DNA of 63,081 bases, filler included, from Collodictyon triciliatum (lineage: Eukaryota), in NCBI GenBank assembly GCA_043381765.1. It is 9 parts of 9 records of this genome, joined end to end, with 100 filler letters (N's around TTAATTAATTAA, not from the genome) between each part and the next. Parts side by side here need not be neighbours in the genome. Positions count along the whole stretch, not along the records: positions 26,920 to 35,785 come from JBHJMP010003248.1; positions 35,886 to 44,743 come from JBHJMP010003249.1; positions 44,844 to 53,704 come from JBHJMP010003250.1; 6 more parts are not named here. The stretch is one strand, 5' to 3'. The notes under the pieces are model-generated. The model saw nothing but the letters and a program-made list of their open reading frames with translations. It was not told the origin of the DNA and made no database searches. Below, in pieces: positions 34,126 through 47,420 of the stretch; position 1 is the first letter of the stretch; each line of letters starts with the position of its first letter. The position numbers were made by a program, and so were the translations under genes.

Positions 34126-34385
34126 AAGCAACCAGTCCAAGTTTATTTCATTTACATCAGAGCAAATGAAGTAAAACAAACACAACCAAAAATGCTCGTG
34201 TGGGCCTCATCAGATTATACGCGCCACCTTGAAATCACACCAATAAAAAAAACAAAAAACAAAGCAACCAAGAACCGCTTGAAGAAAAACCAATTGAAAG
34301 GACTCAAAATCGTCATTTTGCTAATCCCATTTTCTCAATTGCATATCATTTATTTTATTTTATTTTATTTTGGTATTTTTCATAT

Positions 34386-35668
34386 CTTCATTTCTTTTCG
34401 TTGCTCGTTGCTCTTTGATTGCCCCGAGTCTGCTTCTTGTTGGTTGAATCACGAGCCTCACAGACATCTATCCCAAGACCGAGCTCGGTGTAGTAAGCGA
34501 TATCGTATGTCTGGTTATCGAAATATTAGAATTGGAGGGTTCCGACACCACCGACCAAATACGAGAACAAAAATATCATTCATTTTTTATTCAAAAAAAA
34601 ACCCGTTCGAAATGATGAATGATGTACATATTTAGCAACCAAAATCTTGCTCTTTTAAACATGATTATCTTTGGTGTTTTCTTTCCATTTTCTATTTTGT
34701 TATCACTATGAACACCATAGACCTTTGCAGAAGAAAACAATAATAACTCAAACAAAAACAAGGAGATAATGCTATACAGATATACATGCCTTAAAAGCCG
34801 CGATTGTTACAGCCGGCACAAATGCAGAGCCCAGCCCAGCCCCAAAAGCAGCCGCAATAGTCATCGGAGCAATAGAGATTAGCGCCTGAATACCCACTAC
34901 AATGACACAGTTAGTGATACATTTTGTTCTCACAGCTGCATTTTATTCATCCCTTCCCACCATATTTCTTTTGTGCTTATTTATTTCCTTTCTATTCTAT
35001 TCTATTCTTTTCTTCGTTTCTTATTTGCTTACATTGCTTTGGAAACCGCTGATGTAGCCTCGGGGAGAGAAACTCCCACATGTAAAAGGTCGACACGGCC
35101 GTTCCTGCTGCGCCTCCGATGCCGCTGAGTGTGTCCACCCAGTGTTGACCGATGGTGCGAGTCACTCCCTACATCGATTTTCATCCACAGTTTCACATTT
35201 TCATCGCTCGATCATTTTATCTTTTTTTTTTCTTTTGTTTTTTTTTATTATTGCTTCATCATCTCATTCATTCATCACTTCATCACTTCATCACTTCATC
35301 ACTTCATCACTTCATCACTTCATCACTTCATCACTTCATCACTTCATCACTTCATCACTTTCGTTTATTTTTAAAATTAAAAATAATCATAAGATTATTT
35401 CAAATATAAATCGATTCCCCTGGAGGATAGGGCTTCTCTTTGGTGGCGGAGTACCTTTCGGAGGCCGATGGCGGTTGCGAGTGTAGGCGAGCGCTCCTTG
35501 AACTGCTGTCCGCAACTGCCACAAAGCTCTACAAGCAAAAGTGGGGAAAAGAAAAGAAAAAAGAAAAAAGAAATATGAAAAAAGAATTAAAGAATAAGGA
35601 TAAGGAAAAGAACGTCTACTGAACCGAATAGTTTGCTAACCTGGGTACTCATCAGGAGCTCCGTCCAT
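34386..35668 (-). CDS. Hypothetical small membrane protein (multi-exon)
   Basis: Exons: MDGAPDEYP-ELCGSCGQQFKERSPTL; GVTRTIGQHWVDTLSGIGGAAGTAVSTFYMWEFL; 15-nt microexon 34921-34935; GIQALISIAPMTIAAAFGAGLGSAFVPAV; TYDIAYYTELG...NEKK*. No family recognised; some junctions uncertain. Confidence 0.55.
35271..35360. repeat. (TTCATCAC)n octamer repeat, intronic
   Basis: Directly visible. Confidence 0.9.
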
Positions 35669-35885
35669 CTCAAGGAACTCCTACTTTAGCTTCGGAGCCA
35701 GCCTTCATTATTGTCCTTGCAACTCTTTATGGATCCAAAAAAACAAAAAAAAACAAAAAACAAAAAACAAAAAAACAAAAAAACANNNNNNNNNNNNNNN
35801 NNNNNNNNNNNNNNNNNNNNNNNNNNNNNTTAATTAATTAANNNNNNNNNNNNNNNNNNNNNNNNNNNNNNNNNNNNNNNNNNNN

Positions 35886-35917
<32 letters not shown>

Positions 35918-36427
35918 TTTTTTGTTTTTTTGTTTTTTTGTTTTTTTGTTTTTTTGTTTTTTTGTTTTTTTGTTTTTTTGTTTGCCGGACACACAGATTT
36001 CGTTGATCGAAAAAGAAAATAGGAAAAGAACGCGAAGGCAGATCAGAGCTTTCAAGAACAAAGAGCATTTGTGGAACTCGAAACGACAGACAAATGTATG
36101 TAGAATTCGGTAGCTGAGGGTGGAAGATGTATCGCATCTATCCGTTGCACGAAAAGGGAACAAGGACGACAGAAGGCATCAACACAAAGGACACAGTCGC
36201 TTACAAGCACGGCAGCAGCAAACACTTTCCAACAAACTCACCGCGAAAGGACACAAGCGACTTACACGAAGAAGGCACAAACAAATCAATGCAGTGGCAC
36301 ATGAACAAGAAGCTCGCTTCTTCGCCAGTTTGTGTGCCTTTCCTCGTGGACTAAGGGAGTCAGGGGTAAGGGCAGTAATGAGGATACTAACAGGCAAACT
36401 GAAAAGGAGGAGGCTTGGAAGCGACAC

Positions 36428-39400
36428 ATGGATTCAAGGCGAGCCCCACCAAGTCAGCAGCCGACTCAGATGCTGCACGGCACTCTGGCAAAGCCAACTT
36501 CGGGCGGTTCTTCTGGTTTTGCCGCAACGCCACCGACTGGATCGACGCAGCCATTCGGCGCAAACACAGCGATGCAGGATTGGGATCACATCCATGGAGA
36601 TTCGTTCCGCGTTGTGATTCGCCTTCGTCCACTTTCCGAACTGGAGACGTCGCGAGGCGATGCAAAGACTCTCTACGCGCAGGATAGCATGGTTTGGGCC
36701 GCCTCTGTGTCTTGTTTGATTTTTATTGATGTTTTCGGTGTTTTGTTTTTATTTGGTGTTTTTGTTTATCTATTTGTGTTTTATTTGTGTTTTATTTGTG
36801 TTTTATTTGTGTTTTATTTGTGTTTTATTTGTGTTTTATTTGTGTTTTATTTGTGTTTTATTTGTGTTTTATTTGTGTTTTATTTGTGTTTTATTTGTGT
36901 TTTATTTGTGTTTTATTTGTGTTTTATTTGTGTTTTATTTGTGTTATTTCTTTCAGTTCGATTTTTTATCATAGCAATATGGTTTTGGTTGCAGGTAATT
37001 GCTCCATCTGAACGCGGCGATGCACAAGGATACCAATTCAATTGTGTCTTTGATGGTCATGAATCGCAGGAGACTGTTTTCCAGACAAGTGGAGTTCGGC
37101 AGATGATTGACATGGCAATGGAAGGATATGCAACCACAATATTTGCGTTTGGACAGACCGGCTCAGGAAAAACGTACACAATATCTGGTTGCTATTTCTG
37201 ATAGTATCAGTACTTTCGTATTATATATTTTGTGAACCGAAAATGAAGATTTTTAGTTAGTTTCATGTGATTCTTCCCCAAGTGTATTGACACTGATATG
37301 GTGACTAATTCAATCTTTTTTACAAAATTGTGGATGCTCACGAAACTATTACTGGTGTTAGGCCCAGAAAATCCCTTGGATCCGTCGAAGAGAGGACTTA
37401 TGGCCAGGACAGTGGAATACATATACTCCAATATGAAACCCGAATTCACGTACAAAATTCGAGCTTCCTATCTCGAGATATACAATGAGCAGGTGGTTTT
37501 TTTTTAGTATAATAAAAAAAATTTTAAGAATTCTTCTTTTCTCATAAAAATGTGTTATTTTTTTCTTTTTGCCCGGAAAGGTTGGTGATAGTTCTTATGT
37601 CTTTTTTTTTTCATGCATGTTCATCATAAGGTGAAAGATTTGTTAAATTCTGATGGGACAAACCTGGGAGTGCGATGGAGCAGCCAGCGAAACGCATTCT
37701 ATGTTGAAAACTTACTCGTTTGTGAATGCTCGACTCCAGAAGATTTGACAGCAGTTGTAGAAGAAGGTAAGTTTTCCTCGACAGAAAACCGCTGAGAATG
37801 CCCACTTGCTAAGAGACTATGACACATTTTCCTCTCTTTTTTTTATAAGAAATATAAAATTATTAACAATCACCAGAAGATTTAATTTATGGGTTATGAT
37901 ATTTTTATTGGTGTGTGTTTATCAGATTGTGTATGTATTTGAATGATAGTGTATCTTATATCAATCCACTTTCATAACCGAACTGATTCAGGGATGAAAA
38001 ACCGAACCGTTGGGTCGCATGTAATGAACAAAGACAGCAGCCGCTCCCACGGAATGCTCACAATTCATATTGATATCGAATCAACCGACGATATTACTAA
38101 TCAATCCGTTATGCGCTTTGGAAAAATCTCGTTTGTCGATTTGGCTGGTAATTATTCCACTTTGTTTATGGCAATATATATATATGGAAAAAGAAAGCGG
38201 CTTAAGTATTTGCATGATTACTGTCGCCTACATCCAGATATGCGCAACGACTCAAAATATAAATAAAATTATCTTCAGGTAGCGAAAAAGTCAAGGAAAC
38301 AAAGTCATCTGGTGACACGCTTAAGGAGACACAAAACATCAACCGCAGCCTGTTTTGCCTAGGTGATGTTTTTATTTTAAAAATAAAACTATCAAGCTAT
38401 TATTCATCAGCCTACTTTCAATGATAATTACTTGTGTTTGTTAGTCAGTATCGGTATTCTAGCTTTTTGTCTTTAGATTTTGTTTTCTGATATGCCCATG
38501 AATGTACCTAATTGCAATAAAATGTTAAATTTGCAAGATGCATTCACTCCTCTATACGAAATCTGATGCTTGTTATTAATTATTTATCAATTGACAAGTT
38601 ATTCTCTCGCTAATTTGCAAGAATGTGTTGTTTGGTGATGTTGTTTAGGTGTGGTAATATCGACCCTCGGAAACCCAAAGAAAAGGGATAAACACATTCC
38701 ATATCGTGATAGCAAACTCACAAAGCTTTTGATGGACAGTTTGGGCGGAAATGGAGCTACGCTCATGGTGACATAGACATCCTTATGATAATAGTGCATT
38801 CTTTTTTTATATCTTTTCTTCACGTAAGAGTATTCTTCTATTGTTTTTGGAAAGGTGTCGGGTGCTTTCTTCATAAACTTGGTCATTATCATGATTGCAA
38901 CTAGATTGCCTGTTGCTCTCCATCATCCTATAACCTGGAGGAGTCATTACGCACCTTGATGTACGCCAGTAGGGCTAAAAATATCAAGAACAAACCGATT
39001 GTACAAATGGACCCCCGCGACCAAATAATAATGCAACTCAGGAGAGAAATACAGTTGCTCCGGGCAGAACTGGAATATTTCAAAGGACAGCGGTTTGGGG
39101 CAAACACACCGCGGGAGCAGGATGGCCGAAAGCAGTATTATTTACTATTACATTAGCTCTGTTCCTCAAAACATAGCCTTTTTAACCACAAATATTGTAC
39201 ATTTGTTTATTACATTCCACAACATGACGATTTTTTCATATGTATGCCTAGACTTTCTGCTGCTGCACTTGGCACTCAGTCTAGTCTATCGAGCGCCCTA
39301 GAAATGGCCAGAGGATTTGTAATTTATAGTCTCGATACTATCATACACTTTTACTTAGTGATAAAACTCGGCATAGACCATTAAACATAGATAATATCTT

Positions 39401-41020
39401 TTCAATCGAAATACACAGTCTACTGATATTGAATCCGTGCACTCATCAAAGTCTACACGGTCAAATATGTATTGAATTTTCATAAGATAATCTACTGCAT
39501 GCAATTTTTATTCTTTCTTTCATGGTATTAACTTGAGATAAACCTTTGTGGCAATTGAAAACAATAAAATTGTAGTGTGAATGGAAATGCACAAGGTAGC
39601 ATGAGGCGGATGTCTTCGGAGATGTGTATGACATAAATCGTTCTATTATTTATTACATTTTTCCCGCGGTTACCTCCTATTCTCTGGTCACATGACCAAA
39701 AACATGTAGCCAATCTGGGACTGCGGGATGCCCAAGTGGCCCTGAAGAATTCGGAAGAACTACTCATGAAATGCATGCAAGAGAATGAAAAACTCGTCAA
39801 AGATGTTGTACGATTTGATCCACGACATTTCCTTTTCTTGGTTTTGTATGTTTACCACTCCAAGAGCACCAGCAAATAAAACTGATAGAATTCAGTTACA
39901 ATCAAAAGAAAAATTTGATTTAGTTCTTTTCTTATCTTTCCTTTTGATTTACAGTTATTTTGTATTCTTCCGTGCAATATATATATATATATGTATGTTG
40001 AAAGTATTGTGTTCAGCTCTTTGCTATCTTTCATTCAATACCTTTTTAAACACACACAGGCATCGGCCATCCGTTCAAAGGAGTTGGCTGAAAAGCAATT
40101 TCGGTCTGTCATGGAAGAAAATGATCGCCTATCCCAGAAGCTGGACCATCTTGAGGATATATTCTTGGATTCGCAGCTTCCAGAGGAGGCATCAAAATGG
40201 GGCCTGACAGTCCCAGCGTTGAACACTAGCTCGAAGACCCCGAAACATGGTGATTACAGTCCTGCTTCTAATCTCAAAGGACTTGAAGTCCACTCAACAC
40301 CATTGAAAGCCTCTGACGACCATCATGTCCAATCTCGTCCTCAACAATCAGCAGAGTATTTGAAGGTGAAAGGAGAGCTTGAGAGGTCGCTGATTGAGAA
40401 TGCAGAGTTGAAGCAAACTATTTCCCAGTGGCAACAGAAACTTGCGAGACAAGAAAGGTTTGAAAGATTAAAAGCTACAAGCTTTACTATAAAAAAAAAA
40501 ATTATGAACATTTCATCTGTTACGGCTCACAAGAAATGCTCTTGCTATTTAGTTACTTTCCCACTCTTTCTTCTCTTTTTTTATCCCTCCTTCTGTATGT
40601 TCTTTCCTTTCATTTTGTTTTATCGAAGCTGACGGAAATACAACTTACACAGAGAAACCACACACCGTCTTGATGAACAAAGCAGACATTTGATGCTCGA
40701 AATTGATGCGCTAAAGGCACAGTTGGATAAGATGAATCAAGTCGAAAGCGACCGCCAGCGCGCCTTTGAAGAGTTTAAAGGAGAATGTTTGGTGAGTGGA
40801 CAACTATAGCGTGTATCATCCCAATACTCTTCCAAAGAAAATAAGAAAAGAAAAATGCTCTGACTCCAAATATTTAAACTGTTTTTTTTTTGTCTGATAA
40901 TGCCAATAGCCTCCGAATCCGCAAAGGACACTTCAAGAGGAGAACCAGATTCTTCGGACGAAAATCAAAGACCTGTACAACGAAAACAAGTATCTCCGAG
41001 TGCTGTACAACGACCAATGA
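36428..41020 (+). CDS. KIF12: Kinesin, KIF12/kinesin-16-like, N-terminal motor plus coiled-coil tail (multi-exon)
   Basis: [51 protein letters not shown] (KIF12-like loop); [35 protein letters not shown]; ends LRVLYNDQ*. Subfamily is less certain than the family. Confidence 0.9.
36771..36944. repeat. (TTTTATTTGTG)n 11-mer repeat in kinesin intron 1
   Basis: Directly visible. Confidence 0.9.
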
Positions 41021-41446
41021 GCAACCCCTGTGTTTATAAGTTTGAATCGCTTATGTGCAACGTAGAAAAACAAAAGGAAAAGAGAGAAGAGGCCCTCCTT
41101 TCTAATCTACAATTATATTCCTTTTTCTCGTTACAAAAACCACCTTATAAATACGCATAAACCTAGTCTTATAATGGAACAAAGTCTACTATCTTTTGTT
41201 AATCCCTACCTTCTATCCACAACTCTCTTTGATAAACCTAACGAACAAGTAGAGGAGATGAATGAATGTCGGCAACATAGGAGTTACGATACGATTTCAT
41301 CCTTTCTGAATTACTTTTCGACCAAGAGCTGCACATGAATATACTCTGATAGCTATGAATACCCTTTCGCTTTCCATCCACACACTATATGTATTTACTT
41401 ATATCTACTTATTCACTAATTTATTTTTATTTATTCATTCATTATA

Positions 41447-41465
41447 TATTTATTTATTTATCTAT

Positions 41466-41560
<95 letters not shown>

Positions 41561-41562
41561 TT
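41447..41562. repeat. (TTTA)n between convergent genes
   Basis: Directly visible. Confidence 0.9.
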
Positions 41563-41630
41563 GTCTCTTCCGCCCTTGACCACTGAATAAGTAAAATGAC
41601 TCTTAGCCCAGACAAGCATCCACAAGTCAG

Positions 41631-44453
41631 TCACCGCGCCTCCACGTGAACCGCCACGCACAACACGCTTTGTGTGTGGTTATCAACCACATGGACAGCC
41701 CGACCCGTGAATCCGTCCCAAACTCTGACTGTATGGTCGCCACTGCCCGAAACCACATACGGCCGACCATCAACAACAAAGCTGGCCAGAGAGTTGACAA
41801 AGTCCGAGTGGCCGCGCATGACCGAAACCTGCTTGTAGTTGCGCAAGTCCCACATGCGCACAGTCCGGTCCCAACCGCATGAGGCCAAGACTGGAATACC
41901 CGATAGAGCGCAAACACTCCGAACATTCGACTGATGCCCACGCAGAACTGCCGCGTTCTTTTCCAACCGAACATCCCACAAACGAACCGTGTTGTCTGAG
42001 CCGCCAAAATCCCCGCTGCATGAAGCCAGGCACGGACTGCTACTCACCACTGGGGGAACCAAACAGATGCCGTAAATCATGCCGGAATGGCCCCGGAACG
42101 AAGCAGCCATCTTTCCAGAGTGTGTGTCCCACAAACGGACTTTTGGGCCGAGACTCCACATGTAGAGACTGTCTCCGGACGCAACCCGCCTTTCATCCAG
42201 CTGACATCCAGCATACACTGCGCTTGGGTGGCCACTGAGAACCGCTCCTTTCGAAGGGCTGCTTGTGTCCCACAGGCGGACGGCTTTGTCTTCTCCGCCG
42301 CTCATCAGATTCCACGCACCAACAGACTCTGCTTGGCTATCCCCGCCTATTCTTGAAATGAAGTTGACAGTGTCAGAGTGGCCTGTCAGAGTATGTGTTC
42401 GAGTGCGCGCATTCACATCCCATATTCCAATTGTGCGGTCGTCTGAGCTGGAGATTGCAGTGATTCCTTCTCCGCCTGGGCCGGTGCGCAGGGCTAGTCC
42501 CGTAACATACCCCTTGTGCCCTTCCAAAACCCATGCGTCCATTGGATGATTTGGGTTATACACTTTGATAACTTGGTCCATCCCCGAAGATGCAATCCAA
42601 AAGCGTGAAGGACCGGTGGAAAGGTCAGATGTAGAACCCGTCCCGACAGCAAGGTCAGGGAAATGACTTTGCATGTAGTTGCGATAGTCTGAGGGAGCAG
42701 ACGAACTCGTCCGGGATAAGTCTCTTATCGCAGGAGGCTCTTGAGGAAACTCTGCCTTTTGATTTTCTGTGGGGTTGTTTGTTGGCTTCTGACGGTGCTG
42801 TTCGTTAGATGGGGCGTGGATGTGTGCGGGCAAGTCCTTTGGAGGAGGCTCAAACTCGATGAACTCGGGGACATCTTGTATGGTATCAGGGAAAGACGCA
42901 ATATTTTTGAGGGTTTCTGTGACCCGGTCTCGAATAACAGAGAGGGGAAGAATGCCAGAATGCTTTGGATCCGAAAGCTCGCGAAATATGTGAAACACAA
43001 CTTTTGGCGAATCACGCAAGGCTTGATGGAGAGGCGTGGTGATGGGATTCCGAGTGACCAGCTCAATCATCAGCCGGGCGAGTGATATAGCCGCTGGAAA
43101 CCGAATGATTCGTTCCTTGATGGGTCGTTCTTTAAAACTTGGGCTGATGAGGATGGCATACGGATCAAGTTTGATTTCGTTTTTTGTGGTAAGATAAACG
43201 TTGGCTGGGTTAAGAACAAAGCGAGGAGGAAGCAAGCAAGCCTGATGAAGGATTTGAAGCCCTTCGATGATTTCCATCATGTAGACAAGTGACAATTCTG
43301 TCGTGAGGGCGAAGCGTCCCTGTAACTGGTATATTTGTTGTCCAAGCGTCTTGTCGACTTTTTCTAGGATTACAGAAATAGAGTCCGACCTTTGAATAAC
43401 ACCGTGTATACGAAGAAATCGAGGATGGCTCTTGAGAAGCAAGAAAGTCAGTGGGTAAAGAGAGCTTCCTGCGCGCGGATTTGTTGGTGTGGGGGCGTGG
43501 GAAGGCACCGTGGACAACGAAGATGATAGAGTGTGCAGCAGAGTCTGGGATTGTGGTGTGGGTTGTGAGCCTAGATTGCTTTCCGAGCCGCTAGATTCCG
43601 ATGTGTGTTGCTCTTGGTCTCTGGTGCGAAAGCAAACGGGTTCTCCATTGAACATAAACGAAATGTTTCCATGGATTGGCTGTGGGGACATCGGATCGAA
43701 CGGGAGGGTGATTTCAGCATCGACAAGCAAGGGAGGTAGAAGGGATGTGTGGAGCGAATCTGGTGAGGAGAGTGAGGGGGGATATAATCCAAAGACAGAG
43801 ATAGAGACTGGCGGAGAAGAGTACATTAGCCGAACTGCATGCAGAGTGGAGACAGTTTCGGAGGAAAGCCCGGCAGTGATTATGCCTTGCAGCCATGCCT
43901 CAATCTGACGGCGGTCGCATTCGACATCCAAGTCCATCATGGCGGAATCAAGGGGAGGGAAATCAGGGCATTTCTTGGAGCCCAGATAGTCCAACACGCC
44001 GTGCACTGCACGAAATGAGTCCCATGAAAGAAGAGCTGTGAGGAAGATGTATACAGAAGCGTCCAAATCATCATGTAGCTTGGCCATAGAGTGAGTTTCT
44101 TGTGCACCTCCTCGGTCAAGTTTCGACATGGGATTTTCACGCGAGTTTGGGTGGGCGGAAAGATTCTTCAATCGGGGGATAATGTTGCAAATCACATCAG
44201 ATATCTCTTCTAAATCATCCTGTTCGTTCTCTTCAGCAGAATACTTAAAATCGGGTTCATGGCTTTGGTGAGTGTCGTGTAAATTTGCTTGTTTTTTTTC
44301 TTGCTTTAATTCGATCGGTAACTGTAGTAGAAGTAAAGAAACGCGTGCACCGAGGGTTGAATAACGATGTGTGTTGATTGTGGCACTGTCGCAAATCGAT
44401 AGGATGCGAATGAGTTGGGCCTGTATGGATTCTCTTGGCTCGGAGTGTGTGGA
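41631..44453 (-). CDS. Pseudokinase plus C-terminal WD40 propeller protein; one terminal exon of about 2.8 kb, 5' part missing
   Basis: Frame stays open upstream of the 44195 ORF start to an AG near 44454. Kinase-like core (HPRFLRIHG, VILE, EIIEGLQILH, LNPANVYL, IKLDPY) lacks HRD and DFG. About 7-8 GH...WD repeats. Confidence 0.8.
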   Translation of the reverse strand, partial: STHSEPRESIQAQLIRILSICDSATINTHRYSTLGARVSLLLLQLPIELKQEKKQANLHDTHQSHEPDFKYSAEENEQDDLEEISDVICNIIPRLKNLSAHPNSRENPMSKLDRGGAQETHSMAKLHDDLDASVYIFLTALLSWDSFRAVHGVLDYLGSKKCPDFPPLDSAMMDLDVECDRRQIEAWLQGIITAGLSSETVSTLHAVRLMYSSPPVSISVFGLYPPSLSSPDSLHTSLLPPLLVDAEITLPFDPMSPQPIHGNISFMFNGEPVCFRTRDQEQHTSESSGSESNLGSQPTPQSQTLLHTLSSSLSTVPSHAPTPTNPRAGSSLYPLTFLLLKSHPRFLRIHGVIQRSDSISVILEKVDKTLGQQIYQLQGRFALTTELSLVYMMEIIEGLQILHQACLLPPRFVLNPANVYLTTKNEIKLDPYAILISPSFKERPIKERIIRFPAAISLARLMIELVTRNPITTPLHQALRDSPKVVFHIFRELSDPKHSGILPLSVIRDRVTETLKNIASFPDTIQDVPEFIEFEPPPKDLPAHIHAPSNEQHRQKPTNNPTENQKAEFPQEPPAIRDLSRTSSSAPSDYRNYMQSHFPDLAVGTGSTSDLSTGPSRFWIASSGMDQVIKVYNPNHPMDAWVLEGHKGYVTGLALRTGPGGEGITAISSSDDRTIGIWDVNARTRTHTLTGHSDTVNFISRIGGDSQAESVGAWNLMSGGEDKAVRLWDTSSPSKGAVLSGHPSAVYAGCQLDERRVASGDSLYMWSLGPKVRLWDTHSGKMAASFRGHSGMIYGICLVPPVVSSSPCLASCSGDFGGSDNTVRLWDVRLEKNAAVLRGHQSNVRSVCALSGIPVLASCGWDRTVRMWDLRNYKQVSVMRGHSDFVNSLASFVVDGRPYVVSGSGDHTVRVWDGFTGRAVHVVDNHTQSVLCVAVHVEAR

Positions 44454-44992
44454 CTAATGTGAAATAATGTGAATATGACGAGTTGAATTATATAGTCTAG
44501 TTTTATGAGTTTTTTTTTTCACCAATAATGCTTATATTACAAAATCCATCTTTGGTGTGATGCATAAATTATATGGTGAAGTCCCTCTCAATTTGAGCAA
44601 GACTGAGCGATGTAGAATTGCCAAACTTTAAATGTGATAAAACTTTTGATTTCTATTTTATTTCTATTTTATTTCTATTTTATTTCTATTTTATTTCTAT
44701 TTTATTTCTATTTTATTTCTATTTTATTTCTATTTTATTTCTANNNNNNNNNNNNNNNNNNNNNNNNNNNNNNNNNNNNNNNNNNNNTTAATTAATTAAN
44801 NNNNNNNNNNNNNNNNNNNNNNNNNNNNNNNNNNNNNNNNNNNTTTTATTTCTTTTTTATTTCTTTTTTATTTCTTTTTTATTTCTTTTTTATTTCTTTT
44901 TTATTTCTTTTTTATTTTTTATGTCCTAACTTAAAACTCGTTTTCATCTCTAAAACTACATGTCAGGACTTCGAAAGTAACTTGATGTTCAG

Positions 44993-45460
44993 GAAAGAAG
45001 ACAAGGCAGTGGAAGAGCCCGAACCTGCAGGCCCAGTTGTGGACCACCAGCGTAACAATCCTTCTGATTGATCTTTTCTTCTTCAGCGTTAATTCTTCCC
45101 CCAATTATAATTTTATCATTTTACAATATATATATATATCGGAAAACTGAAAATCCCTCAACGCAGCTGTCATCATGGATATAAAAGGTGACCTTGCAAG
45201 GGAAAAGGGAGGCCCAAGCGTGAAGATCAAGGTTGTTAAAACAAAACTCACACTACGCCTATGACCTTCCAACTTTATATTTTATTTATTTATTTATTAT
45301 TCGTTCTTCTTTTTTTTTTCTATTGGTTCCTTTGTTACATTCCATTCAAGAGGCTTTGTCCCTAGACCCATTAATAATCCATCTCTGCCAGACAAGTATC
45401 GGGAAGGGCGACGAAAGCTGGGGAGACGACTTGAATGACGATCTTCTGCCCGGTGTGTGA
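44993..45460 (+). CDS. 3' end of a hypothetical gene (3 exons)
   Basis: Phase-compatible exons KEDKAVEEPEPAGPVVDHQ / PVIMDIKGDLAREKGGPSVKIK / TSIGKGDESWGDDLNDDLLPGV*. Confidence 0.55.
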
Positions 45461-46097
45461 TCGTTTCTTCCTTCTTCAGAGGCAAAAAGATCGAGAAAAG
45501 CGCGAGTGATTCGCGAGACCCGCCCAAAAGAGATTGAAAACTAAACTGTGATAATGAACGATACGCCGGACTGATCTGAGGCGCACAAAGAGTGAGAAGC
45601 GAGCATGAAAAGAAGAGGATCGGGAAAAGAAATGGATCGGAAACACAAGACTCTCTGCGGGCAAATCAAAAGCTCTGCCCAACCGCGACTGAGAGTTCAC
45701 ACATTCATTCCATCGCAAGAAAAAGGGCACAGGGCTGAGTCTGCTTCGTTTCGGGAGTTTGGCGTTTGTGTTTTGTTGCCAGGTTGGATTTATTTGTGTG
45801 GAAGCACGAAGCAAGGAAGATGCGGCTGGCTGAGAGCCGTGGTATGTGGCAGGGAAGGGAAGGGAAGGGGAGATACGGAAAGTCTAAACAGTGTGAGTGT
45901 TTCTTCGTGCTGATAAATAGAATGATAAGCCCATAGAGATAGGAAGGAAGGAAGAAAGATTGCGGAGAGCTGGGTTGCAAGCCAACTTTCACAAAGCTCC
46001 GTCTTGTGCCGTGTTGTATATGCAGGTAGTTATAAAGGAAAGGAAGACATGAAAATGAGATGGAGTGAGATGAATATTGCCCATTGGAAGCCCAGCT

Positions 46098-46766
46098 CTA
46101 GTGCAGTATACTGGCAACCGCGCGTGGTGTCTGGCGAAAGGCAGCACAGTGTGCGACAGTCTCCTGGTCGATTCCATCAAAGTCAAGGCTGTCGTCGCTG
46201 TCGCTGTCGCTGCCGTTGTTGCATGTAGGGAAAGATGAGCGGCGATAGCGGGGCGGTTCTGAAAATGCTGGGCGGGCACGAAGCAACGACGTCGGGATTT
46301 CTGGGAGTGTCATAGTCGATACTGGACTGAGGGGCGACAGTGAAGCAGACAGAAGCGAGTGCGGCGGCTTGCGAGAGCGGAGAACAGGAGCTCGAGGTGC
46401 AACGAGGGCTGGAAGGCTGTTTGTCTTTGTGCTTGTTTGTGGGCCTTCTGGTAGCTTGGTTTGTGGGGTTGATGATGCCTTGATGCGTGGCCCCTTTGCG
46501 GAGGCTGGCGAATCTACGCGCAGCCCTTTGGACAAAAGCTGCGGTTGTGATTGTGATGGCGAGAATGGGCTTGAGCTTGAGCTTGAGCTTGAGCGTGGAC
46601 GCTGAGTGAGTGTTGGGGTTTGTGTTGGCATTGGGTTCCTCGAGGTTTTCTTCTGGTGGCTTGGATGTGTTCTGGCGGCTTGGGTTTTTCTTCTGATGGC
46701 TAGGTAGTCTCGTGGTTGTGTAGCGAATGCAGTTGGTTTGTCCAGAGATATGCCCGCCTTGCTCAA
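46098..46766 (-). CDS. Possible low-complexity Ser/Pro-rich hypothetical protein or exon
   Basis: 222-codon open frame in GC-rich DNA with disordered composition and an acidic DSDSDD patch; start unclear. Confidence 0.4.
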   Translation of the reverse strand: MSKAGISLDKPTAFATQPRDYLAIRRKTQAARTHPSHQKKTSRNPMPTQTPTLTQRPRSSSSSSSSPFSPSQSQPQLLSKGLRVDSPASAKGPRIKASSTPQTKLPEGPQTSTKTNSLPALVAPRAPVLRSRKPPHSLLSASLSPLSPVSTMTLPEIPTSLLRARPAFSEPPRYRRSSFPTCNNGSDSDSDDSLDFDGIDQETVAHCAAFRQTPRAVASILH

Positions 46767-47273
46767 AACCCCACTTCATATACTTTTCTGCTCCGCACAA
46801 ATCTGGTCGGCGACTTCTCCTCTGAGCGTTGTGGTTCGTCTTTGCTTCTGGGGAATTTCTGTGTCCGTGCTTGTGTGCTCGTTAGGTTTTTCTGTTCGTT
46901 CCTTGGAAATTCAATGGAAACGCTTCGAGTACGTTTCCGAACTAAGCATGGAACCTTCTGGAGTGCTCGAAGAATCCAATATTGGAAACTTGGATAACCA
47001 ATGAGGAAGGCATGATTGGTGGCGGTCTCCCCGAAGATTCAATGAAGGTTGCGAGATGGGGAATGCCGACACAGTAATAGACTTTGACTATATGTTGCCT
47101 ACAAAGTATATAATAATTGATATTATACACTATTGATCTTAATCATATGGACAGTGTGGGGTTTATAATTGATATACAGTATTTTCCGGAAATAGTAAAA
47201 CGAAACCTTATGTGTGCGAATACTCTCTCAACTTGTATGGCCATCGGAATTGCGCGATCCTTCGCAGTGTGTG

Positions 47274-47420
<147 letters not shown>

